This document shows positions 61,540 through 64,000 of a stretch of 64,000 nucleotides of DNA, in pieces (the stretch's first letter is position 1; every line of letters starts with the position of its first letter). The translations under genes and the position numbers were made by a program. The notes under the pieces were generated by a model. The model ran no database searches. It was not told the origin of the DNA and saw nothing but the letters and a program-made list of their open reading frames with translations. Source of the DNA: Methanotrichaceae archaeon (GTDB lineage: Archaea > Halobacteriota > Methanosarcinia > Methanotrichales > Methanotrichaceae); the NCBI GenBank assembly GCA_963803145.1, contig CAWDLW010000015.1, positions 64,001 through 128,000 of the forward strand, in the 5' to 3' direction.

Positions 61540-63339
61540 CTACCGACATTGTATCTTGACCACATCATCCAGAGCCAGCAGGCCAATGAGTCTACTGGGT
61601 TCGTTCCGCTCTACAACTGGAAGCTGGCTGATATGATTTATAATCATTTTATTCATCGCATCAAATAGAGATTCGTCCGGATAAGTTACCACCAGTTTTG
61701 AGCTCATTATATCGCTCACTAATTCCTCCGGTCGGCTCTCATTGCTCACCCTCATCAAGTCCAGCTTGGCCACAATTCCAGCCAGTTTTCCATCATCGAC
61801 TACCGGAACTGCATGGACTTCATTACTTTTCATGATATCGGCCACTTCAGTTATCATCGCCCTAGAATTGATGATGGGCATATTGCTAGTCATAGCACTT
61901 TTTACATTCAGAGATTTTAGAAGCGTAACCGAGTAATCGTGCTGATGTGCAGGCGATTGTGCCCTGACACTTACCTGCTTCTCGTAGATGTAATTGTCCC
62001 CAGTGACGAAATAAGCTATTGAGCAGGCCAACATGCTTGGAATTAGAAGGGTGTAGTCCATGGTCATCTCGCTGACCATGAGGATAACTGCCAGAGGCAC
62101 TTTGGCGATACCCCCAAAAAGTGCCATCATGCCCACAATGACGAATGCTGAGGGTGAGCTGGGAATGATTGCTGGAGAATTATGAAGCAGATTCCATAAG
62201 ACGCCACCAGTCATTCCGCCGATCACAAGTCCAGGAGCAAAAACGCCGCCGCTGCCGCCAGAGCCTATGGTCAGACCTGTAGTCAAGATCTTTAATACTG
62301 CAATTGCCAGCATTACGGTCAGCGGCAGCGTTATGAAGTCGCCATTGATTGCGAACTGCAGCCAGCCATAACTGGTACCCTGCACTTGAGGCAGAAAAAT
62401 GCCTATTAAGCCGACCATGAATCCCCCAATTGCGGGCTTTATCCAATTGGGAATTTCGGCTCTTTTAAATAGGTCACGCAAATAATAGAAGCTTCGTCCA
62501 TATACTATTCCAACCAAGCCGCAAACTACGCCAAGGAGGGAGTAGGAAATGAGCTCAGACGATCTAGTGAATGGCGGAACGATGCCGCTGCCGAATACCG
62601 GTGCCCAGCCGTTCCAGAAAGCAAAGATACTGTAACCCACAACTGACGCTACAAAAGATGGCAGCAAAGCTTCATACTCGAAATCACGGCGGTAAAGGAC
62701 CTCCATGCTCAGAATGGCTCCACCCAGAGGAGCTTTAAAGATAGAGCCGATACCAGCGCCTATCCCTGCGGCCATGGCGATGCGCCGATCGGATGTAGAT
62801 AAATTGAATAGATCTGCGAGGGCTGAAGCCGCTCCAGCTGCTATCTGAGCAGTTGGGCCCTCTCTGCCGGCACTCCCGCCAGAACCGATAGTGATTGCAG
62901 AGGAGATGGCTTTGACGATTGGCACCCGGTGGCGGATGAAACCCTCTTTATTGTGAAAGGCATCTATTGCCGCGTCAGTTCCATGTCCTTCTGCCTCTGG
63001 TGCAAAGTTGTAAACTATAATCCCACTAAGAAGACCGCCAAATGCGGTGATAACCGGGAGCATCCAAGGCCTGGCGATGCCACTTACCAGAGTGACTCCT
63101 TCACCCGATGCCATAGGTGGAACGTACCCAGCCCCAAGCCCGAGCATGAGCCTGGTGGCCTCGGTTAATAGCCAGTAAAAGATTATAGAACCTAGCCCAG
63201 CTGCAATTCCAATGAGAAGGCTTAAGGTGATCCATTTTCTGGCGTAACCGACCGATGATAGGTCGCATAATTTTTTGATCTCTGATTTCGTGATCATATG
63301 TTGGTCAAACCAGTTATAACTCCCAGACGAGATAGCCAT
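61540..63339 (-). CDS. ClC-family chloride channel/antiporter with CBS pair
   Basis: GHGTD, GSAGREGP, KAPLGG, GSGGVFAP, C-terminal CBS domains. Confidence 0.95.
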   Translation of the reverse strand: MAISSGSYNWFDQHMITKSEIKKLCDLSSVGYARKWITLSLLIGIAAGLGSIIFYWLLTEATRLMLGLGAGYVPPMASGEGVTLVSGIARPWMLPVITAFGGLLSGIIVYNFAPEAEGHGTDAAIDAFHNKEGFIRHRVPIVKAISSAITIGSGGSAGREGPTAQIAAGAASALADLFNLSTSDRRIAMAAGIGAGIGSIFKAPLGGAILSMEVLYRRDFEYEALLPSFVASVVGYSIFAFWNGWAPVFGSGIVPPFTRSSELISYSLLGVVCGLVGIVYGRSFYYLRDLFKRAEIPNWIKPAIGGFMVGLIGIFLPQVQGTSYGWLQFAINGDFITLPLTVMLAIAVLKILTTGLTIGSGGSGGVFAPGLVIGGMTGGVLWNLLHNSPAIIPSSPSAFVIVGMMALFGGIAKVPLAVILMVSEMTMDYTLLIPSMLACSIAYFVTGDNYIYEKQVSVRAQSPAHQHDYSVTLLKSLNVKSAMTSNMPIINSRAMITEVADIMKSNEVHAVPVVDDGKLAGIVAKLDLMRVSNESRPEELVSDIMSSKLVVTYPDESLFDAMNKMIINHISQLPVVERNEPSRLIGLLALDDVVKIQCR

Positions 63340-63628
63340 TCACAACATTTGATTTAAGCTATTCGTTTCTCCGTTAGTCTAGAACTTGAGCTATAATTTT
63401 TAATTTAAATAATCGATAATATAATCATGTGATACGAAATATGTCAAAGTTTGTTTTTAGCCCTACAAAGCCATTTGAAATTCTTAGTGATACACTAGAG
63501 GAGGGATTTGTATTATAAAGTCTCCAACCTTCACAGTCCACCATACATATAACTACAAACATGCCGTGCAACCTAGGCAGTTACAGCAAAGGATTATAAA
63601 ACTCATCGTATGTTCGTATATATGCATG

Positions 63629-63913
63629 TTATATAGGTTCATATTTATGCATCATCATATGCTCTTTGCACTCACTCTTAGTGGAGAAAAGTGCACGACA
63701 TATTGGACATCTAATCTTTTCTGCTTTTGCCGAAGTAATGTTCGCCTTGATTTTCTTTTCCATTTCATGTGAGAGTTCTTTCACGCCATGGGCTTCGGTA
63801 GCATGCAATTTTGCATGTGCCATAACTTCTGCCTCGGTCTTTGCGCGAACCTGGAAGATGCAATCTATGCAAATACGACCACAAATATATTCTTTATAAT
63901 CCTCTTGGGCCAT
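63629..63913 (-). CDS. DUF1059-like small metal-binding protein with C-terminal C2H2 finger
   Basis: C...C.F.VRA.TE.EVM.HA..HA.EAHG, then CPIC...F......EH...H. Confidence 0.7.
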   Translation of the reverse strand: MAQEDYKEYICGRICIDCIFQVRAKTEAEVMAHAKLHATEAHGVKELSHEMEKKIKANITSAKAEKIRCPICRALFSTKSECKEHMMMHKYEPI

Positions 63914-64000
63914 AGGTTTGTTTTCCACATATAGAGATAAAAGCATTACTAATGATCCATGTGCTTCACATTATTAGATTCTAGCGAACAGGTCGCTCTC

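Overview
Archaeal chromosomal window, most consistent with a Methanotrichaceae/Methanosarcinales methanogen. The evidence is MC1 chromatin protein, cfbC-cfbB (F430), ahbA/ahbD (heme), a Methanosarcinales-type S-layer-domain protein and a FilR1-like regulator. Most of the window is core genome: spt5-rpl11-rpl1-rpl10-rpl12; the rpl18e-rpl13-rps9-rpoN-tRNAPro-rpoK-rps2-MEMO1-mvk-ipk-fni-rnj-idsA superoperon; and purP, ahcY, proS, endA, cobQ, asd, tes and tRNA-Ala. Accessory patches include an MNT/HEPN toxin-antitoxin cluster, an AT-rich putative nuclease gene, an IS630 element with a -1 frameshift site, a deletion scar joining two truncated genes, dispersed IS200/IS605-like hairpin remnants and a decayed ~3 kb tract near 58.4-61.5 kb. 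The most notable observations are: (1) a 98-aa orphan ending in a copy of the ribosomal P-stalk C-terminal factor-binding motif; (2) mevalonate kinase with no canonical start codon, in frame with the upstream gene's TGA; (3) several divergent paralogs of central enzymes (HisB lacking His ligands, tandem-SIS PHI, GAPDH-II with an altered Rossmann loop); (4) a secreted Zn-ribbon-DJ-1 protein beside the S-layer gene. All family assignments come from motif recognition; no database searches were run.
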